NCBI GenBank assembly: GCA_963666515.2
Contig: OY762897.2
Location: forward strand, 3,168,001-3,232,000
DNA from: Candidatus Binatia bacterium
Lineage (GTDB): Bacteria; Desulfobacterota; Binatia; UBA9968; JAJDTQ01
Reading direction: 5' to 3'
DNA length: 64,000 bases
The notes under the pieces were generated by a model. That model saw only the letters and a program-made list of their open reading frames with translations, ran no database searches and was not told where the DNA came from. The translations under genes were made by a program, and so were the position numbers. Shown here piece by piece: positions 1 through 9,649 of the stretch. Numbering within the stretch: position 1 is the first letter of the stretch; each line of letters opens with the position of its first letter.

Positions 1-533
1 GCGGAGGCGGCGTACTCGCCGGCAAAGCCCTCCGAGTTGGCGTGGATGACGCGGTTGAAGGCGGTGCCGAACTCCGCGCCCTCGGAGTTGGTGATGCGGG
101 CGTCGTATTGCAGCGCGTGCTCCTCGGCCTCGCGGGCGGCGTCGATGCCGCGCTCCACCGGCAGGTCCCGCGCCTCTTCATCCAGCAGGTCCAGGTCCGG
201 CACCTCCGCGGCCAGCTCGCCGGGTTCCGGCAGACCGCCGAACTCGTCCCTGGCCGTGGCCCGGGCCATGGCGCAGGTCTCCTCCAGCAAACGGTCCAGG
301 GAGGTCCGTGACAGGTCGGACGTGGAGGTCGAGGCCGAGCTTGGGCCGAAGAACAGCCGCAGCCCCAGCCGGGTCTCGTGGGCCTGGCTCACGGTCTCCA
401 CCTTGCCGAGCCGCACCCTCACGCGGACGCCCTCGTGCTCCGCCACGGTCACGTCGCCCTGCGAGGCGCCCCGCTCCTTCGCCCGCGCCAGCAGCCCCGC
501 GGCCAGCTCCCGATCCACCGGCAAACGTTCCAT
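1..533 (-). CDS. pmbA: TldE/PmbA family protein, 5' part (runs off window)
   Basis: Read manually from ATG at 533: MERLPVDRELAAGLLARAKERGASQGDV...VRVRLGKVETVSQAHETRLGLRLFFG...STSDLS...DARITNSEGAEF; directly downstream of tldD. Confidence 0.85.
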   Translation of the reverse strand, partial: MERLPVDRELAAGLLARAKERGASQGDVTVAEHEGVRVRVRLGKVETVSQAHETRLGLRLFFGPSSASTSTSDLSRTSLDRLLEETCAMARATARDEFGGLPEPGELAAEVPDLDLLDEEARDLPVERGIDAAREAEEHALQYDARITNSEGAEFGTAFNRVIHANSEGFAGEYAAS

Positions 534-540
534 GTCCGCC

Positions 541-2028
541 TCAGCCCTGAAACCCGCTCGGCCCGCGCACGCTGGTGCCGCCCACCACGACCTGGTCCAC
601 CCGGATGGTGGGCAGCCCCACCCCCACGGGCACCCCCTGGCCGTCCTTGCCGCAGGTGCCGATGCCGTCGTCCAGCGCCAGGTCCGCGCCCACCCGGCTC
701 ACCCGCGTGAGCACGTCCGGCCCGTTGCCGATGAGGGTGGCGTCCCGCACCGGATGGGTCACCTTGCCGTCCTCGATGCGGTACGCCTCGTTGGCGGAGA
801 AGACGAACTTGCCGCTGGTGATGTCCACCTGTCCGCCGCCGAAGGAGACCGCGTAGAGGCCGTCCTTCACCGAGCGGACGATGTCCTGCGGATCCTCCTC
901 TCCGGCCAGCATGAAGGTGTTGGTCATGCGCGGCATGGGCACGTGGGCGTAGCTCTCGCGGCGGCCGTTGCCGGTAAGCTCCATGCCCAGGAGGGAGGCA
1001 TTCAGCCGGTCGTGCATGTAGCCCCGCAGGACGCCCTTCTCGATCAGCACCGTGCGCTGGGTCGGGGTGCCCTCGTCGTCCACGTTGAGGGAGCCCCGCC
1101 GCGACGGGATGGTGCCGTCGTCCACCACGGTGCACAGCTCGGTGGCCACGCGCTCGCCGATGCGGCCTGAGAAGGCCGAGGTCCTGCGGCGGTTGAAGTC
1201 GGCCTCCAGCCCGTGCCCGATGGCCTCGTGCAGCAGGATGCCGGGCCAGCCCGGCCCCAGCACCACGTCCATGGGGCCGGCGGGCGCCGCCGCCGCTTCC
1301 AGGTTCACCAGCGCCCGGCGCACCGCCTCCCGGGCATGGGCCTCCAGCCGCTCCGCGTCCGTGCACTCGTCCAGCGACAGGCGCCCGCCCCAGCCGAAGT
1401 ACCCGGCCTGCCGGTTGCCGTCGGCCTCGACGATGCAGCGGACGTTGCACCGCACCAGCGGCTGGAAGTCCCCCAGCACCCAGCCCTGGGACGAGGCGAT
1501 GAGGACGACCTTGTTCTCCAGCAGCAGGGAGGCGAACACTCCCTTGACCCGGGGGTCCGCGGCTCGGGCGAACCGGTCCAGGTCCTGCAACAGGCCGATC
1601 TTCCGCTCCAGGGGGACGTCCGGGAACGAGTGGGGCACCGGGTAGAGGTCGTGCCGGAGGTCGGCGGGCGCCGGAACCCGCGCCGGCCGCGCCGAACCCC
1701 GGTCGTTGGCGATGACGTTGGCCGTCCTCACCGCCGAATCCAGGTTGCTGATGGTGACGTCGTCGGTGAAGGCGTAGCCGGTCTTCTCCTCGGCCAGCAC
1801 CCGCGCGCCCACGCCGTTGGCGGTGGAGACCGACGCGTGCTTGACCAGACCCTCTTCGAGATGGACCTGGTCGTTGGTGCGGTACTCGAAGTAGAGGTCC
1901 GCGTAGTCCGCCTCGCGGGCCATGGCCCGGCCGAGGACCCGGTCCAGGTCCCGTGCGGTGACGCCGAACCGCTCGTCGAAAAATGCCGCCGGCGAGAACG
2001 CGGGCGGACTCGTTGATCCCTTGTCCAA
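541..2028 (-). CDS. tldD: Metalloprotease TldD
   Basis: GILLHEAIGHGLEAD (HExxxH), PMPRMTNT, GGGQVDITSGKFVF and terminal GTCGKDGQGVPVGVG motifs. TTG start. Confidence 0.95.
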   Translation of the reverse strand: MDKGSTSPPAFSPAAFFDERFGVTARDLDRVLGRAMAREADYADLYFEYRTNDQVHLEEGLVKHASVSTANGVGARVLAEEKTGYAFTDDVTISNLDSAVRTANVIANDRGSARPARVPAPADLRHDLYPVPHSFPDVPLERKIGLLQDLDRFARAADPRVKGVFASLLLENKVVLIASSQGWVLGDFQPLVRCNVRCIVEADGNRQAGYFGWGGRLSLDECTDAERLEAHAREAVRRALVNLEAAAAPAGPMDVVLGPGWPGILLHEAIGHGLEADFNRRRTSAFSGRIGERVATELCTVVDDGTIPSRRGSLNVDDEGTPTQRTVLIEKGVLRGYMHDRLNASLLGMELTGNGRRESYAHVPMPRMTNTFMLAGEEDPQDIVRSVKDGLYAVSFGGGQVDITSGKFVFSANEAYRIEDGKVTHPVRDATLIGNGPDVLTRVSRVGADLALDDGIGTCGKDGQGVPVGVGLPTIRVDQVVVGGTSVRGPSGFQG

Positions 2029-2188
2029 GCTGCTTCCCTTTCCTTACGTCAGACTACCTAGTATGCTATGGGGAGAACCGTTGCGCCGCCGCTCCGCCTT
2101 CTCGCCGGCAAGGGAACAGTCTACCGGCAACGAATGAAACATGAAAGGATGCGGCGCGCTCCGGCGGCAGTTTCGAGGAGTTGGATCG

Positions 2189-3256
2189 ATGGACAAGAAG
2201 GTCGTTCACGTTGTCGGCACGGGCACCATAGGCGAGCCGCTCATCGGCATCCTGGCGAGCTTCCGGGAAGCCTTCGGCATTGACGAGGTGACGTTCAACA
2301 AGCAGACGCCGCGGGTCACCGACCGCTCCAAGGTCACCGCGCTCCAGGGCAAGGGCGCCAGGCTGAGCGTCGAGAAGGATCACTGGGACGAGTTCGCCAA
2401 GCTCGGCATGACCCCGTCCTTCGACTCGGAAGCCGCCATCGAGCGCGCCTCGGTGGTCATCGACTGCACGCCGGTCGGCAACGAGAACAAGGAAAAGTAT
2501 TACCAGCATTACGCCGGCGCCAACGGCAAGGGATTCATCGCCCAGGGCAGCGAATTCGGGTTCGGCAGGATGTATGCCCGGGGCATCAACGACGCCGCCC
2601 TCCAGAGGGAAGAAGACCGTTTCGTCCAGGTGGTGAGCTGCAACACCCACAACCTGGCGGTGCTCATCGACACCCTGGCCCTGGGACCGGAAAAGGAAGA
2701 CAACCTGGAGGCCGGACGCTTCGTGTGCATGCGGCGGGCCAACGACATCAGCCAGGAGGGAGACTTCATCCCCGCGCCCGAGGTGGGAAGGCACGACGAC
2801 GACCGCTTCGGCACCCACCAGGGACGCGACGCCTACTACCTGTTCAAGTCCCTGGGGTTCGATCTCGACATCTATTCCTCCGCTCTCAAGATCAACACCC
2901 AGTACATGCACACCATCCACTTCAACCTGATCCTCAAGCGCGCCATCGCCATGGAGCAGCTCATGCAGCGGATCCGGGCGAACCGCCGCATCGCCGTCAC
3001 CAACAAGAAGTCGTCGGCGTCGGTGTTCTCCTTCGGCCGGGACCACGGCCTGTTCGGGCGCATCCTGAACCACACCGCCATCGTCACCCAGAGCCTGGCG
3101 CTCAGGGGGGACCGGGAAGTGGTGGGCATGTGCTTCACCTCCCAGGACGGCAACTCGCTCCTCAGCAGCATCGCGGCCACCCTGTGGCTGCTCAATCCCG
3201 ACACCTACGAGGAGCGCCTGCAGCCCATCCGGCCCTACTTCTTCAGGGAGATCTGA
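2189..3256 (+). CDS. NAD(P)-dependent dehydrogenase resembling archaeal-type (class II) glyceraldehyde-3-phosphate dehydrogenase
   Basis: SD GAGGAG at 2175-2180 before ATG 2189. Rossmann GTGTIG, VVIDCTP, IAQGSE, catalytic VVSCNT, MRRAND, THQGRD and YMH motifs in the order seen in class II GAPDH. Confidence 0.7.
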   Translation: MDKKVVHVVGTGTIGEPLIGILASFREAFGIDEVTFNKQTPRVTDRSKVTALQGKGARLSVEKDHWDEFAKLGMTPSFDSEAAIERASVVIDCTPVGNENKEKYYQHYAGANGKGFIAQGSEFGFGRMYARGINDAALQREEDRFVQVVSCNTHNLAVLIDTLALGPEKEDNLEAGRFVCMRRANDISQEGDFIPAPEVGRHDDDRFGTHQGRDAYYLFKSLGFDLDIYSSALKINTQYMHTIHFNLILKRAIAMEQLMQRIRANRRIAVTNKKSSASVFSFGRDHGLFGRILNHTAIVTQSLALRGDREVVGMCFTSQDGNSLLSSIAATLWLLNPDTYEERLQPIRPYFFREI

Positions 3257-3686
3257 TTCGGTCGAAGCGGGCCGCGTCGCCCACCGCGATGCCGTTCCGG
3301 CGCGCCGTGCCGGCCCGCACCTCCAGCGCGTAGCGGCTGGGAACCCCCACGCTCACGGAGCGGGTGGAGAACGGCACCGTCTCGCGAACGATCCCCACCA
3401 CCCGCCGGCGCGAGTCCATGAAGATGATGTCCAGGGACAGGGGCGTGTTCTTCATCCAGAACGATTGATCCTTCTCGCCGGGGAACACGAACAGCATGCC
3501 CTCGTCCGCCCCCAGCTCGCTCCGGTACATCAACCCCCACCGCCGCTTCGCCTCGGTGTCGGCCACCTCCACCCGGAAGCGCGCCTTGACGCCCTCGGGA
3601 CCCTCGAAGCTCACCGTCGGGGCGTTGTCGCAGGCGGCCAGGCCGCAGAGCAGGAGCGCGCACCCCAACCAGACAAGCCAGCGCAC
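3243..3686 (-). CDS. DUF192 family exported protein/lipoprotein
   Basis: VEVADT..RRWGLMYR, GMLFVF, FWMKNTPLSLDIIF, YALEV motifs; N-terminal hydrophobic stretch with LAAC lipobox. Probable GTG start at 3686 (the ORF track extends to 3755). Confidence 0.85.
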   Translation of the reverse strand: MRWLVWLGCALLLCGLAACDNAPTVSFEGPEGVKARFRVEVADTEAKRRWGLMYRSELGADEGMLFVFPGEKDQSFWMKNTPLSLDIIFMDSRRRVVGIVRETVPFSTRSVSVGVPSRYALEVRAGTARRNGIAVGDAARFDRIRSP

Positions 3687-3703
3687 GCCGGTCCCGCATG
3701 GTT

Positions 3704-4858
3704 TCAGGACGTGGCCCACTCGCCACCCCACAGCCGGGCAAGGAACTGACGCCACGGCAGGATGTCGATGCCGTCCACCCGGCGAGCCATCGGTTCCAGG
3801 GATACCAGCACGTAGTCGGAAAGCGCGTTCTCCTCACGAAGCGCCAGCAAGCCTCGCAGGTCGCGACGTGACACCGCCTTCTTCGCCTTCACTTCAACGG
3901 CGAGTTTGCCGACGATGAAGTCCACTTCAAACTGAGACTTCGAACGCCAGTACATGGGCGGTTCGAGCAGATGGTAGTCACAGAACGCCTTGATCTCCTG
4001 CAACACGAGGCTCTCGAATGCCTCGCCATATTCGACCGTGCCCACGGGAAGACCGCTGCGCCCTTGCAGATGCCGGGCCAGTCCGATGTCGAACAGGTAG
4101 TACTTGGAGGTCGAGACCGCCTTGCGTTTGCGCGTTTCGGTATACGCGGGTATCTCGTGTGCGATGAACGTGTCTGTCAGTATCCCGTAGTATTCCCGCA
4201 CCGTGGACGCGGGCACTTGGGCGTCGCTCGCGATCTGCGCGAAATTGATCATCTGCCCGTGTGACAAGGCCGCCACCTCCAGAAATCGGCTGAATGCGCC
4301 AATGTTCCGGACCAGAGCCTCTGCCGCGACTTCCTCCTTGAGGTAGTCTCCCGAGTAGGCGGCCAAGTCCTCCGCGGGCGAGTCGGAAAAATAGATCGGC
4401 GGCAGCATGCCGAATTCGAGCGCTCTATCCAAACGGAAGTGATCGCCAAGCTCGGCGCTGACAAACGGGTGCAGCACGCGTGAACGCGCCCGGCCGCCGA
4501 GCAGATTGACGCCCTTGCGTCGCAACGTACGCGCACTCGACCCGGTCAGGAAGAAGCGAACGCCGTGCTCTTCGATCATGAGCTGGACTTCGTTCAACAG
4601 TGCCGGCATCTTTTGAATCTCGTCGATCACGACGAGCCGTGTTTCCGGCGTGAGCGCCTCTCTGATCAGCCCCGGGTTCCGGGAAAGGCGTATGAACAGC
4701 GTCTGATCAAGCAGATTGTAGGCGGGGACGTCCGCCAGTTGCTGACGGATCAGGGTAGATTTTCCCGTCTGCCGCGGGCCGAAGAGGAAACAGGATTTCT
4801 GTTTCAGCAACTCTCGGGCATCGAGGTGACGTGCGATGATGGAATCAGGCATTCTCAT
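3704..4858 (-). CDS. AAA+ ATPase, COG1373 type (AAA_14 + DUF4143, C-terminal PD-(D/E)XK-like EVDF...EVK)
   Basis: Walker A GPRQTGKST, Walker B VVIDEIQK, LTGSS, LGGRA, KYYLFDIG, GEAFES, YWR, EVDF, AVEVK. Confidence 0.9.
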   Translation of the reverse strand: MRMPDSIIARHLDARELLKQKSCFLFGPRQTGKSTLIRQQLADVPAYNLLDQTLFIRLSRNPGLIREALTPETRLVVIDEIQKMPALLNEVQLMIEEHGVRFFLTGSSARTLRRKGVNLLGGRARSRVLHPFVSAELGDHFRLDRALEFGMLPPIYFSDSPAEDLAAYSGDYLKEEVAAEALVRNIGAFSRFLEVAALSHGQMINFAQIASDAQVPASTVREYYGILTDTFIAHEIPAYTETRKRKAVSTSKYYLFDIGLARHLQGRSGLPVGTVEYGEAFESLVLQEIKAFCDYHLLEPPMYWRSKSQFEVDFIVGKLAVEVKAKKAVSRRDLRGLLALREENALSDYVLVSLEPMARRVDGIDILPWRQFLARLWGGEWATS

Positions 4859-4980
4859 GACAATCAGCGACTGAGCTGTTGTTTAACATGACAGTCAACG
4901 AAAGGATTGTCAATTGGTCGAGATTATCCCATTCGGGAGGTCCGGCTGGAACATTGGCGCTAAACGTCCATTTCGGCTAG

Positions 4981-6967
4981 ACTGAACTTCGAGCGACGAG
5001 ATATACTAACTTATTGATTTGGAAGGGGAAAGGGGCGAAGGGGGTATGGGTTACTGAGTACGTTCGAGGCGCACCCCCAAGAGTTGGAAGATTTGAGCCT
5101 GGAGGGGGGTGGGGCGGGTAATGATGTCGAAGGGTTGAGAGTTGGCGAGTTGGGGAGCGACGACGCTGTTTATGGCGATGGTGGCCAGGTCGTCGAGCAG
5201 GGAGCGGAAGCTGTGCACGGGCAGGCCGGTGGCTGTGATCTTGCGGTCGGCCTTGTCCTTGGCGGCGGGGGAGACCTGAGCGGGGGCGACCACGGAGGGG
5301 CGCAGGGCTTCAGCGGCTTGTGGATCGTGGTCGTCGAACAGCAGGGGCTTGAGGCGTTGGCGCATGTGCCACTCGACATAGTAGGCGAGCATGCACAGGA
5401 AGACGTGTGCACGGACCCTGCGGGCGGCGTAGTGGAAGATGGGGCGTACCTTGAGGTCCACGGTCTTGTAGCTGCGGAAGGCTCGTTCCACCACACTCAG
5501 ACTCTTGTAGGCGCCCACCGTCTCCTGAGTATTCAACACCGCCGTGGGTACGCTGGTGCGGATGACGTAGAAGCCGTCAAGGGCGGCTTCCTGAGCGATG
5601 GCTTCGGCACGGCGTTCATAGGTCAAGACGCCGTCCTCCGAGACTGCGGTCTCGAAGTGCTTGCCGACCTTGTGCTGGCTCAGGACCTTGCCGAGGCGCT
5701 GCTGGATGCGGCCGGGGTCGGTCAAGCGGCGCTTCTCTCGGGTGGTGGCGGCGACGATGCGGTCGAGTTCCCGTTCGGTGGCCTGGAGCAAGGCTTCGCG
5801 CTTGCGCGCCCGCTCTTGGGCCAGCAGGGGATTGCGGCACACGATCAGGCGTTCTGCGGGATAGTCCTGGGATGTGATCTCGGCCAAGTGGCGCTGGTCG
5901 AACAGCGAGGGTTGCAAAGCCCCGTCTTCGGCCAGCCTGCGGATGGCCGGTGCGCGCAAGGCGCTGATCCAGTCCAACCCGGCGGGTTGCACTTCCTCGC
6001 GGATGCGCGCTGTGGTGAGCATGCCCCGGTCCCCCACCAGCACCACTCGGGAAAGGGCGAAGCGTCGGCGCAGCTTGTCGATCTGGGTGCTCAGGGTGGC
6101 GGGGTCTGCGGTGTGGCCCTCGAACACCTCCACCGCTACGGGACAGCCCTCTCGGTTGCACAACAGTCCGAAGACGATCTGAAGCTTGCCCCGTTTGCCG
6201 TCGCGGGAGTAGCCGTGCCGGGCCAGAGGACAGCGTCGGCCCTCGACGTAGCTTGAGGTCACGTCGTAGAGCACCAGGGAGCCTTCCTCAAGATGGCGCT
6301 TGGCCAGACGCTTCTCGATGGCCCCTTGGCGTTCCAACAGCCAGTCCATGGCCGCGTACAGGTCATCCTCGTTGCTGTCGTCCAGACCGAGGGTTGAGGC
6401 CAGCGAATCCCGAGCGGTTTCCCGAGCCAGGCCGCGGGCGGTGGCCAGCTTCGAGCCCGGGGCCAGGACACGGGCCACCACCAGGGCGAGGACGCGGTCC
6501 CGTTCGGGCGAGGGTTGGGGTGAGATGAGGCGGTCCAATTCCAGCTTGCGCACGGTGCCCAGGGTAGCGGCCACATGACCGTGGGGCAGGGAGCGGACGA
6601 TGTCGAAGGTTTGTTCCGGGGCCGCCAGCGGCTCGTCCTTGAGCACCCGACGCAGGGCTTCTACCCTGGCCTGGGGCCATTTGGAGAGGTTGGCGAGGGT
6701 GCGGCTTTTGACTTTGCCGTTGTGGCGGTAGCTTTCCCGCAGCAGGATGGCCGGGGGCGAGTTGCGGTTGGGGACGGCGGTTACGTACATGCCTACTATA
6801 ATAGGCTGCAATCAGAACTTTGTCAATAAATAAAACAACAAATGACTCACGCATCCCGCATTTACATGCCTACATATAAACCCCCTTTCTACCTCGTGCC
6901 TGTGATTCCCTTGCCTTTTCAATCACTTGGCTCCGCAGCTCGCGCTTGGTAAACAGGGAAGTTCAGG
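4981..6967 (-). mobile_element. IS1634-family insertion sequence
   Basis: Terminal inverted repeats ACTGAACTTC (4981-4990) and GAAGTTCAGG (6958-6967, 9/10 match), each flanked by CTAG (4977-4980, 6968-6971). CTAG is either the target duplication or part of the TIR; being palindromic, it is ambiguous. Contains an intact transposase. Confidence 0.9.
5051..6790 (-). CDS. IS1634-family DDE transposase
   Basis: MYVTAVPNRNSPPAILLRESYR..GKVKSRTLANLS N-terminus, LYDVTSSY, GYSRDGK, VGDRGM, VERAFRSYK, LKVRPIFH, RVRAHVFLCMLAYY. ATG at 6790. Confidence 0.93.
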   Translation of the reverse strand: MYVTAVPNRNSPPAILLRESYRHNGKVKSRTLANLSKWPQARVEALRRVLKDEPLAAPEQTFDIVRSLPHGHVAATLGTVRKLELDRLISPQPSPERDRVLALVVARVLAPGSKLATARGLARETARDSLASTLGLDDSNEDDLYAAMDWLLERQGAIEKRLAKRHLEEGSLVLYDVTSSYVEGRRCPLARHGYSRDGKRGKLQIVFGLLCNREGCPVAVEVFEGHTADPATLSTQIDKLRRRFALSRVVLVGDRGMLTTARIREEVQPAGLDWISALRAPAIRRLAEDGALQPSLFDQRHLAEITSQDYPAERLIVCRNPLLAQERARKREALLQATERELDRIVAATTREKRRLTDPGRIQQRLGKVLSQHKVGKHFETAVSEDGVLTYERRAEAIAQEAALDGFYVIRTSVPTAVLNTQETVGAYKSLSVVERAFRSYKTVDLKVRPIFHYAARRVRAHVFLCMLAYYVEWHMRQRLKPLLFDDHDPQAAEALRPSVVAPAQVSPAAKDKADRKITATGLPVHSFRSLLDDLATIAINSVVAPQLANSQPFDIITRPTPLQAQIFQLLGVRLERTQ

Positions 6968-6983
6968 CTAGAAAGGATTGCCG

Positions 6984-8474
6984 ATGATCCAGCCTTCCTA
7001 CCGCGAGTTCACCGAACTCGCCAGACAGGGGAACGTGGTCCCGGTCTACGAGGAGATCCTCATGGACCTCGAAACTCCCGTCTCCTTCTACAACCGCCTC
7101 AGGAAGAGCCGCCACTCGTTCCTGCTGGAGAGCGTCGAAGGCAGCGAGCGCTGGGCGCGCTACTCCTTCCTGGGCACCGCGCCCGAGCTGGTGTTCAAGG
7201 CCTGGGGCCGCGAGGTTGAGATCACCCGCGGGCGGAAGACGGAGCGGCGGACCATCGACGATCCGCTGCAGGCGCTGGCGGAGATCCTCGACCGATACCG
7301 GCCGGCCCCCGGCCTGCCGGATCTCCCCTTCACCGGCGGCGCCCTGGGCTACGTGGCCTACGACGCGGTGGAGATGCTGCACGAGGTTCCGAACGCGGCC
7401 GAGCGGGCGAGCCGTTTCCCCGACATCTATTTCCTGCTGGTGCGCACCCTGGTGAGCTTCGACAACCTCAAGCACACCATCACGATCATCGACAACGTCC
7501 CCATCGAAAAGGGCGCGCGCCCGCGGGTCCTGTACGAGGACGCCGTCTCCCGCATCGAAAAACTGCGGTCATCGCTGCGGAAATCACCCAAGACCCTGGA
7601 GGCGCGGAGCCTGGCCGGCTCAGGCGCGACCGTCAACTACACCTCCAACGTCACGCGGCAGAAGTTCCACGCCATGGTGCGCAAGGGCAAGGAATACATC
7701 GCCGCCGGCGACGTCATCCAGGTGGTGCTGTCCCAGCGGCTGGAGGCCCGCACGCGGGTCGAGCCGTTCGAGATCTACCGCGCCCTGCGGTTCACCAACC
7801 CGTCTCCCTACATGTTCTTCCTGGAACTGGACGACCTCAAGATCATCGGCTCCTCCCCGGAGATCCTGGTCCGCCTAACCGGCCGGAACATCGAGCTGCG
7901 GCCCATCGCCGGCACCCGGCCCCGAGGCCGCGACGAGCAGCAAGAACGGGAGCTGGAGGAAGACCTCCTGGCCGACCCCAAGGAGCGGGCCGAGCACATC
8001 ATGCTGGTGGACCTCGGGCGCAACGACGTGGGACGGGTGGCCGAGGTGGGCACGGTGGAGGTGGACCAGCTCATGACCATCGAGCGCTATTCCCACGTCA
8101 TGCACATCGTCTCCAACATCAAGGCGGCGCTGGCGCGGGGGAAGACGCCGCTGGACCTGTTCGGCTCCTGCTTCCCCGCGGGCACGGTCTCCGGGGCGCC
8201 CAAGATCAGGGCCATGCAGATCATCAGCGAGCTGGAGCCGCAAAGGCGGGGGCTCTACGCCGGCGCCGTCGGCTACTTGAGCTTCAACGGGAACCTGGAC
8301 ACCTGCATCGCCATCCGCACCATCACGGTCCACGACGGCGCCGCGGTCATCCAGGCCGGCGCCGGCATCGTCGCCGACTCCGATCCCGCCACCGAGTACG
8401 AGGAGACCCTCAACAAGGCCCGGGGCATGCTCAAGGCCATCGGGCTGGCGGAATCCTGGAGCAAGGAGCGGTAG
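6984..8474 (+). CDS. trpE: Anthranilate synthase component I
   Basis: DLETPV, FLLESVEGSERWARYS (Trp feedback LLES), QVVLSQR, NPSPYMF, PIAGTRPRG, ERAEHIMLVDLGRND, PAGTVSGAPK. SD AAAGGA at 6972-6977. Confidence 0.95.
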   Translation: MIQPSYREFTELARQGNVVPVYEEILMDLETPVSFYNRLRKSRHSFLLESVEGSERWARYSFLGTAPELVFKAWGREVEITRGRKTERRTIDDPLQALAEILDRYRPAPGLPDLPFTGGALGYVAYDAVEMLHEVPNAAERASRFPDIYFLLVRTLVSFDNLKHTITIIDNVPIEKGARPRVLYEDAVSRIEKLRSSLRKSPKTLEARSLAGSGATVNYTSNVTRQKFHAMVRKGKEYIAAGDVIQVVLSQRLEARTRVEPFEIYRALRFTNPSPYMFFLELDDLKIIGSSPEILVRLTGRNIELRPIAGTRPRGRDEQQERELEEDLLADPKERAEHIMLVDLGRNDVGRVAEVGTVEVDQLMTIERYSHVMHIVSNIKAALARGKTPLDLFGSCFPAGTVSGAPKIRAMQIISELEPQRRGLYAGAVGYLSFNGNLDTCIAIRTITVHDGAAVIQAGAGIVADSDPATEYEETLNKARGMLKAIGLAESWSKER

Positions 8475-8489
8475 CGCCCGGACACCAAC

Positions 8490-9049
<560 letters not shown>

Positions 9050-9059
<10 letters not shown>

Positions 9060-9649
9060 ACGGCAATGCCGATTCCGTGCCGGGCCAGAACATCTGGCAA
9101 CTCAGGATGATCCACCAGTTCTCCCGCTTCAGTGGAAGTGAGCTGCGCTATCCCGCGGTCGAACACCGCATAGACATCCTCCCCAGTCAAGCGAGAGGCA
9201 TAGAGCAAGCCGTCGACATCGGTGTGTTCCGCGTAGAGGACCTTGGCGAAAGCGCGCCCCGCTGCGTGGTTCCGGGCATGGACTACATCGGTCGGGGCAC
9301 CGATCCGTGTGCACCCGTCTCCGCGAAGATCCAGCAAGGTCAGCACCGCTCCGGATTGCGCCGAGATGCCTACCCAGATCCGCTCCGTGATCTCCTTCAA
9401 CCTGACGACACGTGCCCGTCGTTGCGTAAACCTGTCCCTTACCACCGTTTCGATAAAGGCGGTGGCAAAATCGGGCGACCCATAAAGGACGGTGTAGCCA
9501 GCGTTGCGCGAACAAAACCGGGAGTCCGCCGGGCTGGTTCCAAGCGGCGATGCCCGATAGCGGCTTGGCGCGATACGGTAGCTGTCAGGAAAGGCGGCCT
9601 TCAGGATTACGGACCGAATCCTGTGCCGAGGATAGCTGGGTCTGCTCAC
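9050..9649 (-). CDS. RES-domain toxin (NAD+ phosphorylase family)
   Basis: Conserved R (SYRI), SRF, VLYGS, E (AFIETVVRD) and S (DGLLYASRL) of RES domains; GTGA overlap with the upstream antitoxin. Confidence 0.85.

Noticed and set aside
4900-6980. GAAAGGATTG present at both 4900-4909 and 6971-6980, suggesting a 10-bp target duplication
   Set aside because: The left copy is ~70 bp outside the terminal inverted repeat; the CTAG flanks explain the IS ends better, so this is probably chance.
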